Source: a virus
Taxonomy: Duplodnaviria > Caudoviricetes
Reading direction: 5' to 3' (one strand)
DNA: 50,182 bases
Virus record (IMG/VR): IMGVR_UViG_3300044615_001189
Coordinates: 1-50,182 of that record
Positions within the stretch are counted from its first letter, which is position 1. The number at the start of each line of letters is the position of its first letter. Below the pieces are notes generated by a model. It made no database searches and had not been told where the DNA came from. It worked only from the letters and a program-made list of their open reading frames with translations. This document shows positions 1-9,478 of the stretch, piece after piece. The position numbers were made by a program, and so were the translations under genes.

Positions 1-141
1 ATAACTCGAAATAAAGCTTCCAGCGCCTCGCGCAAGCAACATGCTTCCGCTTCCATCAATTGGGCCAACAGCCATAACGCCTCTATAGCTGCTTTGGCTA
101 CTGTTGACTTTATAGACCGCGATTAACGTGAAAGCCGCGCC
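1..141. repeat. Terminal direct repeat (circular overlap), left copy
   Basis: 1-126 is identical to 50042-50167; 127-141 matches 50168-50182 with 4 mismatches. Confidence 0.95.
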
Positions 142-414
142 TGAAGTCAGCCCGTGCAAAAGATGATCGTCAACGCCGTCAAATGTAATGCCAGGTAAGC
201 CGTTGAACCCAGTAGCGGCATAGGCCGGCCTGCGGCTTGCCGTGCTCTGGGTCGCGTGCCGCGCATTGCCGCTCTTGTCATTCCATTGGCTCACCAGGCC
301 CGATGACAATGTAATCGTGCTGCTGTCGCTCGCATCCAACCACAGCGCCGTGCTGATCTGTGCGGGGGTCCAACCAGCTGCCGCCACCACCCTCCGCCTA
401 GGAACAATCAGCAT
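1..414 (-). CDS. N-terminal part of a LamG/concanavalin-like lectin virion protein that continues across the circular junction into 49700-50041 (about 251 aa in total)
   Basis: ATG at 414: MLIVPRRRVVAAAGWTPAQISTALWLDASDSSTITLSSGLVSQWNDKSGNARHATQ...FDGVDD; the frame is open through the junction; the WLDAxD...WxDKSGNxxHA pattern is typical of phage lectin-like proteins. Confidence 0.75.
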   Translation of the reverse strand, partial: MLIVPRRRVVAAAGWTPAQISTALWLDASDSSTITLSSGLVSQWNDKSGNARHATQSTASRRPAYAATGFNGLPGITFDGVDDHLLHGLTSGAAFTLIAVYKVNSSQSSYRGVMAVGPIDGSGSMLLARGAGSFISSY

Positions 415-448
415 CCGATTGCCTCCCGCATAAGGCCCGCGTCTCCAC

Positions 449-1066
449 TCATTGCGCGATCTCATTGACCCAACCCGCGCTGAGATCAAACGCAGCACCA
501 GCCTGGATCTGCTGGCGCAGCTCGGCGGCGCGCTCCATGTTCTGGAATCCCGCAGCCACCAGGGCCTGATGGCGGGTCAGCAGCTCGGCCATAAAGGTCG
601 TCGCGGTGCCCTCGGCATCGCGGCGGATCGCTTCAGCCAGCAGCACGCCCAGCATGGGATCCTCGTTGCTCGGATACAGCCTGGCGTTGACTTGCAGGCG
701 AGCGGCCTCCACCTGGTTCAGCAGCTCCTCCACGGGGCGGCGCTCCACCTCCAGCGTCTCCTCCCAGGTGCCGGCCGGACCGCCGGGCTTGGGGTTGGCG
801 TAATCAACCGCGCCCCAACTTGCTCGCTCGAAGAACACCTGCGGGTCGTACTCACGCACCTTCGGCTCACCCTTCAGGTAGAAGCGCAAATCGGTGCCGT
901 CGTAGGGCAGGCCGAACAGGTTGGGCCAGCGGGTGCCGCCCGGGTTGGTGGCCGTCTCGCCGCGCAGGGGCACGAACAGGTCGACGCTCTGCCCCTCCAG
1001 CGGGCCGGGGTCGGCGTAGTAGCGCACGCCGGTCTCGGCGTTGGTGGTGATGTTGGGAGCGGTCAT
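449..1066 (-). CDS. Hypothetical virion-associated protein (possible fiber chaperone)
   Basis: 205 aa ORF tightly packed in the structural operon. Confidence 0.6.
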   Translation of the reverse strand: MTAPNITTNAETGVRYYADPGPLEGQSVDLFVPLRGETATNPGGTRWPNLFGLPYDGTDLRFYLKGEPKVREYDPQVFFERASWGAVDYANPKPGGPAGTWEETLEVERRPVEELLNQVEAARLQVNARLYPSNEDPMLGVLLAEAIRRDAEGTATTFMAELLTRHQALVAAGFQNMERAAELRQQIQAGAAFDLSAGWVNEIAQ

Positions 1067-1068
1067 GG

Positions 1069-2268
1069 TCAGGTCGCAGAGCGGGTGAAGAGGAACTGGG
1101 CGAACAGGCCTTGAGCGCCGGTGCCGACGCCCACAAGGTCAACGCCGACCCGATCGCCAGCGCTGAACGTGCCGCCGGTGATCGTGCCGCTGACATCCAC
1201 CAGGCTGGCCGCAGATGCCAGCGTGGCGTTGCCGGTCAGCACGCTGGTCTTCACGCCGGCCGCCGTGCGGCGGTAGGCGTTGAAGGTGCTGCTGCTGCTG
1301 CCGGTGGTGTCGATGTGGCAGCCGAAGCGAACGCCGACGAGGGTGAAGCTCCCCGATGGCACCGGCACCGGCACCTCGGCGTAGTTCGTGCTGGCCGTCG
1401 CCGTCTCGCCCCGGTTGCTGACCACCAGGATCAGCCCGTCGCCAATCGCGCCCAGCTCCGCGTAGGTGCTGCGCGCGTGGATGTGATCAGCCCTGGCCGC
1501 ATCGGCGCTGCTGCCGGCCGCTGCGGTGGTTCCCAGCGCCGCGGGGGCGCTGCTGCTGACAGCCACGCTGCTGGTGCCAGCGGCGATGGCTGAACGGGCT
1601 GCGGCTGCGTCGGCAGCGGTCAGGACGGCGCGGCCGGTTGCCGTCGAGTCGCTGATGGTGCTGGCGGCCTGGGTGTGGGCCGTAGGCGTGCGCGCATCGC
1701 TCAGCCTGGTGTCGCTGCCCTTCACCACCTGGCCGCTGGCTGCGTCGCCCGTGGCGGCAACGTCGTGCGTCGACGCGGTGCCCAGGCCCAGCGTGGTTCG
1801 CGCGGCAGCAGCAGAGGCGGCGGTGGCCAGGGCCTGGCCTGTGGCCGTTGCCGTTGCCGCCCACCAGGCCGCAGCAGCCTGGAACACCCGCAGCGGGGTG
1901 AAGGCGCGGCGGCTGGTGCTGGTGCCGGCCTCCGCCTCCGCTTGGGTGACGGTGCTGGCGCTCCACTCCCTCGAGTCGCTCAGCCTGCTGTCGCTGGTCT
2001 GGACGTAGTTGGTCAGCCCCGCTGGCTGCACAGCCGTCGCGGCCAGGGCCCCCTGCGCTGCGGTGGCATAGGCCGCGTTCCCCTCGGCGGTCGTCAGGTA
2101 GCTCGGGTGCGGATCTGCAGCCGCCACATGCGCTGCCACCGCCGCCGTCGCCGCCCCCGCAGCCTCCTTCCCCCCGATCGCTGTCTCCAGCACATCGAGG
2201 TTGCCGTCGTGCTCCGCCGCCGTCAGCGGCGTCCCCTTGATCAGCCTGCGGATCAGTGCCAGTGGCAT
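1069..2268 (-). CDS. Fiber-like structural protein (head or neck fiber candidate)
   Basis: Ala/Thr-rich; motifs KGTPLTAAEHDGN, HVAAADPHPSY, DSRLSDxR, ARADHIH typical of phage fibers. Confidence 0.7.
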   Translation of the reverse strand: MPLALIRRLIKGTPLTAAEHDGNLDVLETAIGGKEAAGAATAAVAAHVAAADPHPSYLTTAEGNAAYATAAQGALAATAVQPAGLTNYVQTSDSRLSDSREWSASTVTQAEAEAGTSTSRRAFTPLRVFQAAAAWWAATATATGQALATAASAAAARTTLGLGTASTHDVAATGDAASGQVVKGSDTRLSDARTPTAHTQAASTISDSTATGRAVLTAADAAAARSAIAAGTSSVAVSSSAPAALGTTAAAGSSADAARADHIHARSTYAELGAIGDGLILVVSNRGETATASTNYAEVPVPVPSGSFTLVGVRFGCHIDTTGSSSSTFNAYRRTAAGVKTSVLTGNATLASAASLVDVSGTITGGTFSAGDRVGVDLVGVGTGAQGLFAQFLFTRSAT

Positions 2269-2630
2269 CAGGCGAACACTCCTGCCTCGAAGACTCCAGG
2301 CTCAAAGACTTCCATCGTGACCGGCAACTGATGCAGCATCAGCAGCCAGCCGGTGTGGCCATCAGGCTGCGCATCGCGCACCCGGAACAGCCCATTGCGC
2401 ACCTCCACCTGATCGCCCTGGCGCGGCTCCACCGCCAGCCCCAGCCGGTTGACGAGGAGCACAGGTTGCGTGGATCGCACCTGCACTCCCGTCTCCGGAT
2501 CCAGGCTCACATGCGAGGCCTGGTAGACCCCCTTGCCTGGATACGATGCCTGGCCCCGGCGATAGGTGATGGGTTCCCCCATCACCCGGATCACCGCCGC
2601 GAGAGCACGGTTGGCCAGGTCGGGCAGCAT
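2268..2630 (-). CDS. Head-closure / head-tail attachment protein (lambda gpFII-like)
   Basis: True start MLPDLANRAL; GEPITY...PRQGDQVEV...DG.GW pattern; position after capsid decoration gene. Confidence 0.75.
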   Translation of the reverse strand: MLPDLANRALAAVIRVMGEPITYRRGQASYPGKGVYQASHVSLDPETGVQVRSTQPVLLVNRLGLAVEPRQGDQVEVRNGLFRVRDAQPDGHTGWLLMLHQLPVTMEVFEPGVFEAGVFA

Positions 2631-2971
2631 CAGACCACGAACTCGTTGAGGCGCACGCGCGCCACAGCGTCTGCAGTGGCCTTCGCCGCCATGAACACAC
2701 CAACGTAGGTGTTGCTGGTGCTCACCGGGGTGATGCGCTTGTTGGTGTTGTCCCAGTAGGCTTTCGCGCCCACCACCGCGTCGGTGCTGGCACCGGTCGC
2801 GGCGGTCAGGTCGTACACGCCCTCGGTGTGGATGTTGATGGAAGCGCCGGAAGCGCCATCCACCACGCACACACCGAACAGAGCAGTGCCGACCAGCACG
2901 CCCTCGCCAGACAGGCGTGCATACGGGAGGGTCACCTCCACGTAGCAGCCCTCTTGCACGTAGTTCTTCAT
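2630..2971 (-). CDS. DUF2190-family capsid cement/decoration protein
   Basis: MKNYVQEG...GVYDL...GAKAYWDNTNKRIT...VRLN; directly follows the capsid gene. Confidence 0.85.
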   Translation of the reverse strand: MKNYVQEGCYVEVTLPYARLSGEGVLVGTALFGVCVVDGASGASINIHTEGVYDLTAATGASTDAVVGAKAYWDNTNKRITPVSTSNTYVGVFMAAKATADAVARVRLNEFVV

Positions 2972-3007
2972 GGATCAGTCCTCAGAAGGGATGGAAGGGG
3001 ATCCGGC

Positions 3008-4885
3008 TCAAGCGCCGGTCGAGCGGTAGAAGCCCTGGTGCTGACCCACGGCGCAACCGAAGTCGTGGCGCAGGTAGGTCACGATGCCATCAGGATCGCG
3101 CTTGATCTCCGACTCGATGGTCGGGCCGGCCTCGCCCTCGAGGTAGCCGTAGATCAGCTTCGACACACCGGGGTAGTTGCCGGTGATGTAGTACTGCGCG
3201 GTGCTGGAGGCATCCAGGCGGGGCTCAACGATCTTCTGCAGGTAGCCCGAGAAGATGTTGACGTTGGTGGTCTGCGATGGGGTGATGGTGGCGTTGAACT
3301 TGTCGAACGTCGTCTCCAGAGCGGTGGGCAGCAGAATGTACTGCGGCGTCACGTAGAGCGGGTTCTTGCCGGTGAAGTCCTTCTGGTTCCGCATCGCCTG
3401 CCGGGCGGCAGAGATCGCGGTCTCACCGATCACACCGGTGCCGGTGTTGCTGTGGTTGGCGTGGAACAGCGCCACACCGTCGCTCATGCACTTGGCGTTG
3501 CCAGTGATGAGACCCCACATCTGGTTCGCCTCGAAGGTGGCGACGCCACGGGCGAGCACCTGCACGGCACGGGTGATGTAACCCAGGTTGTCGTTGATGA
3601 TCAGGCGGCGGCCGATCACCAGCTTCTTGCCGTACTCGCTTAGGTTCCAGGAACCCTGTTGCTCCTGGATGGTGCCGGCCTTGTACTCGCCGCCTTCCTT
3701 GATCTCTTCAGGCAGGATCTGACCGCCGACCTCGATCTCCTTCATGTCGCGGAAGTCAGGCAGGTTGCGCTGCTCCGCCAGGAGACGCCAGGTCTGCACC
3801 TCCTCGCCGTAGGCCGCCTTCAGGCTCACGCGCTGAATGGAGGCCATCAGCAGCGGGAAGTCGCTGGTGCTATGGAAGGCACGAACGGCGATCTCGCTCT
3901 TGTCCATCCCGCGGTGGCTGACGCCGGCCAGCTCCAGGGACTCGCGGGCCATGTCGAGCAGGGTGCTGCCCCGGTACTCGCGGGAACCGTCGGTCATGTC
4001 GCCGAGGTTGGCGCGGAACTTCAGGTGCTCCAGCTTCGCCTCGAACCGCTTCTGCCCGTGGTCCTGGGTGACCTCGATGCGGGACTGAGCGGGGGTGCGC
4101 TGCTCGTCGGTGGCCTTGGCGTCGATCAGCTGCATGCGGGCCTCGTCGAGGGCCACGCCATCAGCAATCAGGCGTTGGGCCAGCTCGTCGCCGACCTTCA
4201 GCTTGCGGGCGGCATCGAGGATGCTCGCGACGCGGCGGCGCTCCTCAGCACGCACCTCGTCGGCGTTGACGGCCGGCGCAGCGGGAGCCACGGGGGCAGC
4301 AGCACGGGTTTCGGGCGCAGCCTCAGCGGCCGACGCCCCCTGGTTCAGTTCGTCCACGGATCTCTCCTGGGGTTGGGTGGGGGTGGGCTCCTCTGAGCGC
4401 ACCTGGGCTCCGGCATCAGCCGGGATCGGGACCAGCGAGAGCTCATAGGGCTCCCAGTCCACTGCGCGCTCAACCGGCACTGCGCCGGTCTCGTCGCGCT
4501 CCGTCTTGTGGACCTTGTAGCCCACAGACACGTTGCGGTAGATGCCGTCGATCACATCCTGGAAGATGGGCTCCACGTCATCCCGCCGGCTGAACTTCAC
4601 CAGGGCGCGGCCCTCGTTTTTGTCCAGCCATGCTCGCTGCACCACGCCGATCTGGCTGCGCAGCGAGAAGGAGTCGTGCGCATCGAGGAGCGGCCCGCCC
4701 TTGTTCAGGCGGTCCAGTCGCACAGCGCCAGGCACCATGCTCAACTCCTCGATGTAGTCGCCACGCGACCAACTCGCACGGCGCACCTGAGCGCCAGTGC
4801 TCCACACCAGCTCAACCGTCCGCTCCTCGACGTTGACCGTCTCGGGGGCGAACATCGCCCTGGTCTGCAGCAGCCCGTCGCTCAT
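3008..4885 (-). CDS. Prohead protease / major capsid fusion protein
   Basis: N-terminal protease (LLDAH, SVGY, WEPYELSLVPIPAD) fused to a capsid domain (HSTSDFP, IINDNLG, RHDFG). Confidence 0.92.
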   Translation of the reverse strand: MSDGLLQTRAMFAPETVNVEERTVELVWSTGAQVRRASWSRGDYIEELSMVPGAVRLDRLNKGGPLLDAHDSFSLRSQIGVVQRAWLDKNEGRALVKFSRRDDVEPIFQDVIDGIYRNVSVGYKVHKTERDETGAVPVERAVDWEPYELSLVPIPADAGAQVRSEEPTPTQPQERSVDELNQGASAAEAAPETRAAAPVAPAAPAVNADEVRAEERRRVASILDAARKLKVGDELAQRLIADGVALDEARMQLIDAKATDEQRTPAQSRIEVTQDHGQKRFEAKLEHLKFRANLGDMTDGSREYRGSTLLDMARESLELAGVSHRGMDKSEIAVRAFHSTSDFPLLMASIQRVSLKAAYGEEVQTWRLLAEQRNLPDFRDMKEIEVGGQILPEEIKEGGEYKAGTIQEQQGSWNLSEYGKKLVIGRRLIINDNLGYITRAVQVLARGVATFEANQMWGLITGNAKCMSDGVALFHANHSNTGTGVIGETAISAARQAMRNQKDFTGKNPLYVTPQYILLPTALETTFDKFNATITPSQTTNVNIFSGYLQKIVEPRLDASSTAQYYITGNYPGVSKLIYGYLEGEAGPTIESEIKRDPDGIVTYLRHDFGCAVGQHQGFYRSTGA

Positions 4886-4915
4886 GCCTACTCCGTTGCC
4901 TCCTCGATTCTAGGG

Positions 4916-6472
4916 TCAGCCTGCAGGCCGAGCCGGCGGCGCTGCAGGGGCTGGCGGTTGCTCGGCCTCCACCGGCGGCTCACCCGTCGGCGGCATCGTC
5001 GATCCCAGCGGCCGCACCTGAGTCAGGCCCGCCGCGCTCACCTTCCTCGGGTCGCTGTCGAGCACGATGCCAGCCGCATCCAGCATCGCCATCCACTCCA
5101 CCCACAGTCGGATCACCTCGTCCGGCTCATACCCATCGGCGCGGATTGCTTCCTGCGGCGGCAGCAGGCCCGCGCGCATCCGCGACACCGTGCTGCTCGT
5201 CTCGCTCTGCGGGTCGTAGAGCTCCCGCCGCGGCGGCGTCCAGTCAGCGGTGATGCCATCGGTCGCGATGCCCACCGCGCTCATGGCGTTGAATGCCCAC
5301 TCCGCCACGCGGTCGAACACCATCGGCTCCAGCACCTGCCAGGTGTCGCTCATCAGCCGGCGCTGAAATCCAATCCAGCCGAGGCGGCCCTGGGTGTAGG
5401 AGCCGCCGCTGTAGTCGCCCGTCAGCTCCTCGTAGGTGATGCCGATGCCTGCTGCGATCTCCAACAGGTAGGTCTTGATCACCCGGTCGATCTCCCCCGC
5501 CGCCGGCGGGTTGATCGTGCGGATGTCCTGCCCGGGACCCAGCCGCACGATACCGCCCGGTTCGATCCGATCGCCGATCGTGCTCTTCTGGTCGCTCGTG
5601 CCATCCAGGTCCACCACTGCTGCCGCCAGGCACGCCGCGACCTTCTCCTTCATCAGCCGGGCATCAAGCAGATCGCCCAGGTCCTTCAGCCGCACCATCA
5701 CCGGGGCCAGGCAGCTCACGCCCCGCGTCATTCCAGGGCGCTCCGGCGAGAACAGGTGGATGATCTCCTCCGCCGGCACCGTGTTGCTGGTGATCGCCGT
5801 CGCCTGCACCGCGCTCTCGCCCGGGTGGTAGTTGTAGATCCAGAAGCTCTCGCGCCGGCCCTCGGCGTCGTAGACGATCCCGCGCTTCGTCCAGCCCGCC
5901 TCGGCCGTCGTGCCAGGCGTGTCGTGGTTCTCGTCGATCCAGTCGCCCTCCATCACCTGCAGCTGCAGGGGAATTGTCAGACCCAGGCGTTGCACTGCCT
6001 GCCGGCTTGGCGTCCGCATCCGGATCACCACCTCACCCGATTCCTTCCAGCAGCGCACCACCTGCGCCATCAGGCCATCGAAGTTCAGCAGGCCGTGGTA
6101 GTCGCACTGCCGAGGGTCTGCCATCCACGCACGCATCACCTCCGTCACCCGCTCGCCCTGGCGGCCGTTGCGCCGGCTCTGCTTCGCCTTGAACGACCAT
6201 CCCGCGCCGATCAGGTTCGTCACCCAGCTCTCAACCGCCTTGCGCGCATAGGGGTTGTTGCGCACCAGGTCCCGCGCACGGTCGCGCATCACACCGAACC
6301 CGCGCGCGCTCGCCGCATCGGCGCTGCTGCCCTGCGTCACCCAGTTGTCGGTGCGCCGGCCTCGGGCCGCGGCGTCGTACCGCCGCATCTGATCCAGCTG
6401 GAGGCGCGCCGCCTGCCGCCGCAGCGCCATGCGCGGGGCAATCGTCGCCAGCAACTGCTCGAAGGGGTTCAT
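4916..6472 (-). CDS. Portal protein, lambda family
   Basis: YDAA, RARDLVRNNPYA, RPGxxRG, YEELTGDYS motifs. Confidence 0.95.
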   Translation of the reverse strand: MNPFEQLLATIAPRMALRRQAARLQLDQMRRYDAAARGRRTDNWVTQGSSADAASARGFGVMRDRARDLVRNNPYARKAVESWVTNLIGAGWSFKAKQSRRNGRQGERVTEVMRAWMADPRQCDYHGLLNFDGLMAQVVRCWKESGEVVIRMRTPSRQAVQRLGLTIPLQLQVMEGDWIDENHDTPGTTAEAGWTKRGIVYDAEGRRESFWIYNYHPGESAVQATAITSNTVPAEEIIHLFSPERPGMTRGVSCLAPVMVRLKDLGDLLDARLMKEKVAACLAAAVVDLDGTSDQKSTIGDRIEPGGIVRLGPGQDIRTINPPAAGEIDRVIKTYLLEIAAGIGITYEELTGDYSGGSYTQGRLGWIGFQRRLMSDTWQVLEPMVFDRVAEWAFNAMSAVGIATDGITADWTPPRRELYDPQSETSSTVSRMRAGLLPPQEAIRADGYEPDEVIRLWVEWMAMLDAAGIVLDSDPRKVSAAGLTQVRPLGSTMPPTGEPPVEAEQPPAPAAPPARPAG

Positions 6473-6678
6473 TCGTAATCCCGCACCACAGACGGATAGT
6501 CGATCCGCACCACCGGGGCGGCAGCGGCCGACAGGCTCGCCATGATCATCGCCCGCGCCTTCAGCATCTGATCCACCGACTGGTACTTCACCTGCTTGTC
6601 GTCGTACCGGACCTCCAGGTAGCCGCCGGCGATCGCTTCCTCGATGGCCGCCAGGTGCGCCTGCGTGAACGTGCTCAT
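6469..6678 (-). CDS. Head-tail joining protein (gpW-like)
   Basis: Small ORF between terminase and portal; IEEAIAGG...VRYDDKQVKYQS. Confidence 0.85.
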   Translation of the reverse strand: MSTFTQAHLAAIEEAIAGGYLEVRYDDKQVKYQSVDQMLKARAMIMASLSAAAAPVVRIDYPSVVRDYE

Positions 6679-6706
6679 CCGGGCCACCTCCGTCCCTGCA
6701 TGCTAC

Positions 6707-8620
6707 TCAGTCCCAGTAGCTGCTCACCGTCTGCGCCGCCGCTTCCTCCGTCACCGGGGCCGGCCGCCGCTCCTCGCGCTCCATCCCACCGTTGCGCTCC
6801 TTCTCCCACCGCTCATCGCTCCACCGATCCGCACCCACCAGCGCCGCCCCGGCCCTGGCGTAGATCCGGCAGTCGAGCGCCTCGTTGCGCGGCCGCGTCT
6901 TCACCCACTCGAACCGGTTGTACCCTCGCCGGTCGATCGTGTTCGTCAGCCGCTCCGCGCACATCTGCCGGAAGTACTCCTCGCCGTGCTGCGGGAAGTG
7001 ACACCAGCCATGCGGCAGCAGCTCGCCCTCATCCGGCAGGCCACGCCGCAGCCAGCCATAGAGTTCGCTCTTCCCGGTGCTGCTGCCAACCGGCCACACC
7101 TTCACGCCGCCTCGCAGCGCTTTCCCGTTCCGCAGCACTTCCACCCGGCCCGGTGTGCCGATGATCGAGGTCTGAGACTCAGGCCCGCCCTTGATGGCGA
7201 TCACACGGTTGCCCGCCTGGCTTCGCACCCACCGGTAGACCTCCTGGCTTCTGAAGCCACTGTCCACCGCCGTCATCCGGATCGGCAGCCGCTGCCCATC
7301 GCCGCGGCCGAACTCAGACCGCACGAACTTCGACAGCTCGCGCCACACCGCCGGCTGCGCCGTGTCGCCCGCCAGCACCTGGTAGTCGAGGCTCCAGCTC
7401 TCCATCCCCGGGCCCCAGCCCACCACCTCCAGCTCCAGACGGTCGCCCTGCACGTCCACGCCGCACGTGATGAACACCACCCCATCGGGCACGCTGCCCA
7501 GTTCGTAGAGCTCCCGGCGGCTGTAGAGCGCCTCCCAGTCCGGAGCCTCGCCGTCGTCGTTCCAGCACTCCGCCAGCACCGTGTTCCACCACGGCTTCAG
7601 ATCCGCCGGGTTGTCCTTCGCTTTCTCGTACCCAACCGCCGCGTCGATCCAGCTAAACCAGCCCAGGGGGGAGTACAGCGCCGAGCAGTGGTAGCCCTGC
7701 ACCTCGCGCTCCGGGAACACCGGCTCCCACCAGCCGTCGTCGAACACCTCCGGGTCGTACCACCAGGCCTTCGCGTCCTCGCTGATGCCCTCGCCGCACT
7801 CCTCGCAAATCAGCACCGGCGGCTGGCGCAGCGTGTTCGGCAGCCCCGGGTCCTTCTGGTCGTACCGGATCCGGTCCCACTCGATCATCTGCCGGTGCCC
7901 GCAGTGCGGACAGGGCAGCAGCAGCCGCTGCTGGTTGCTCTGTTCCCACTTCCCCCAGATCGCACTCCGCCCCGCCAGCGTCGGCGTAGACGTCCACGCC
8001 TGCTTCTTCCGCACGCCGAACGTCCGCGTCCGCGCGCTCACGATCGCCAGCGGGCTCCCTTCCTCGTCCACATCCGCCGGCCAGCGGTCGATCTCGTCGC
8101 CGCCCAGGAACCGGATCGGCATCGACGCCAGGCCGCTCGCCGCATTGGCCCCACCCAGGATCAGGAAGCCGCCGGTGAACTCCTTCATCAGCTGCGTGTT
8201 GCCCGAGTCCCGCTCACGCGGGGCCTTCACCTTCTCCTGCAGGCTCGGCGTCGCCTCGATCATCGGCGCGATCCTCATCTTCGAGTACCGCTTCGCCATG
8301 TCGATCGTCGGCTGCACGAACAGCGCCGGCCCCGGCTGGATGTCCATCACGTAGCCCATCCAGTTGTTCAGCATCTCGCTCTTGCCCATCTGCGCACCGA
8401 ACACCAGCACCACCTCCTGCACCGTGCTCGTCGCCGACAGGTCGTCCATCGCCTTGCGGAGGTAAGGGGTCCTCCCCGTCCTCCACGGACCGTGTTCACT
8501 CGACGCCTTGCTGCTCAGCACCCTCCGCTGATCTGCCCACTCGCTCACCGTCAGCAGCGGGTCCGGGCGCATCCCACGCCAGAACGCCTGCAGCGCTTCC
8601 TCAGGCAACGCCAGCGGCAC
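6707..8620 (-). CDS. Terminase large subunit, GpA family
   Basis: AQMGKSE Walker A, DEIDRWP, CPHCG, GVDVQ nuclease motif, RNEALDC. Confidence 0.96.
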   Translation of the reverse strand: MPLALPEEALQAFWRGMRPDPLLTVSEWADQRRVLSSKASSEHGPWRTGRTPYLRKAMDDLSATSTVQEVVLVFGAQMGKSEMLNNWMGYVMDIQPGPALFVQPTIDMAKRYSKMRIAPMIEATPSLQEKVKAPRERDSGNTQLMKEFTGGFLILGGANAASGLASMPIRFLGGDEIDRWPADVDEEGSPLAIVSARTRTFGVRKKQAWTSTPTLAGRSAIWGKWEQSNQQRLLLPCPHCGHRQMIEWDRIRYDQKDPGLPNTLRQPPVLICEECGEGISEDAKAWWYDPEVFDDGWWEPVFPEREVQGYHCSALYSPLGWFSWIDAAVGYEKAKDNPADLKPWWNTVLAECWNDDGEAPDWEALYSRRELYELGSVPDGVVFITCGVDVQGDRLELEVVGWGPGMESWSLDYQVLAGDTAQPAVWRELSKFVRSEFGRGDGQRLPIRMTAVDSGFRSQEVYRWVRSQAGNRVIAIKGGPESQTSIIGTPGRVEVLRNGKALRGGVKVWPVGSSTGKSELYGWLRRGLPDEGELLPHGWCHFPQHGEEYFRQMCAERLTNTIDRRGYNRFEWVKTRPRNEALDCRIYARAGAALVGADRWSDERWEKERNGGMEREERRPAPVTEEAAAQTVSSYWD

Positions 8621-9209
8621 GCACCAACTCCTCCAGGGCTCTCACATGATGCCGGTCGATCACCTGCATCACCGCCGCGCGCTGCTCCTGGCTCAGCCCG
8701 CCGACCGCCGTTGCGATCTCGCCCACCATCTGCTGGCTGGTGCGCAGCACCGCATCACGCACCTGCATCCCGGCCGCGGCGAACGCTCGCTCCGCTGCCG
8801 CCTTCTCCAGCAGCTTGCCGCTCCGCTCCTCGTAATCGAGCTTGAGCAGCATCGCCTTGTAGCCCTCGGATGCTGCCTTCGCGCTCGCAAAGGTGCCAGC
8901 GCCGGCACGGCTCCCTGGCGGCCCGATCGGTGCCACCGGTGCTGGCGGCTCCACGTCCTCCCCTCTCGCCCGCGCCTTCCCCGCGTTGATCTGCGCTGCA
9001 GTCCTCACCAGGCCCGGCTCGGTGTTGCGCTCCCACTCCAGCTCTGCAATCTCCGGGTCGATCACCCACCCGGGCCGCCCCGTGCTCCCTTTCGGCTTCG
9101 TCTTTTCCAGCTGCGCGCTGCGCTCCAGCCGGCCAGTCTTGATCGCCTTCCGCACTGCCTGCGGGCTCACGCCCTTCCTGGCGGCGAACTCAGCGACGGA
9201 GATCAGCAC
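8601..9209 (-). CDS. Terminase small subunit
   Basis: N-terminal HTH (ISVAEFAARKGVSPQAVRKAIKTGRL) plus coiled coil; overlaps the large-subunit start. Confidence 0.8.
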   Translation of the reverse strand: MLISVAEFAARKGVSPQAVRKAIKTGRLERSAQLEKTKPKGSTGRPGWVIDPEIAELEWERNTEPGLVRTAAQINAGKARARGEDVEPPAPVAPIGPPGSRAGAGTFASAKAASEGYKAMLLKLDYEERSGKLLEKAAAERAFAAAGMQVRDAVLRTSQQMVGEIATAVGGLSQEQRAAVMQVIDRHHVRALEELVRAAGVA

Positions 9210-9478
9210 AACTTGACGGAGTACCCAGCCTCAACCAGTCGCGGGGACAGTTCAGCCGGCGCAGCACCAATCAGCTCGATCAGCATGTCCAGCCCCGCCA
9301 GGCCGCGCACCAACGCCACCAGCTGGTCCACCAGCAGCACCGTATGGCCGCGGCCCTTCAGCATGTCGTCCACCGTCACCTCAGGCCCCACGGCACCAAA
9401 CGTGATCCGCATCGGCCAGGCCTTCACGTGTCCGTCATCGCCCCACTGGCAGCCGTAGTTGATGCTCACCTCAATCAT
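9203..9478 (-). CDS. Hypothetical protein, weakly similar to a degenerate QueE lacking CxxxCxxC
   Basis: Overlap-coupled to both neighbours; INYGCQWGDDGH..P.RITF recalls the QueE N-terminus IFxSxQGEG..xGxPxxFIR. Confidence 0.5.
   Translation of the reverse strand: MIEVSINYGCQWGDDGHVKAWPMRITFGAVGPEVTVDDMLKGRGHTVLLVDQLVALVRGLAGLDMLIELIGAAPAELSPRLVEAGYSVKLC

Noticed and set aside
4508-8845. Long + strand ORFs opposite portal and terminase (and similar shadow ORFs elsewhere, e.g. 22539-24410, 37589-39424, 43629-45617)
   Set aside because: Antisense shadow frames are expected in high-GC coding DNA; they contain no recognisable motifs.
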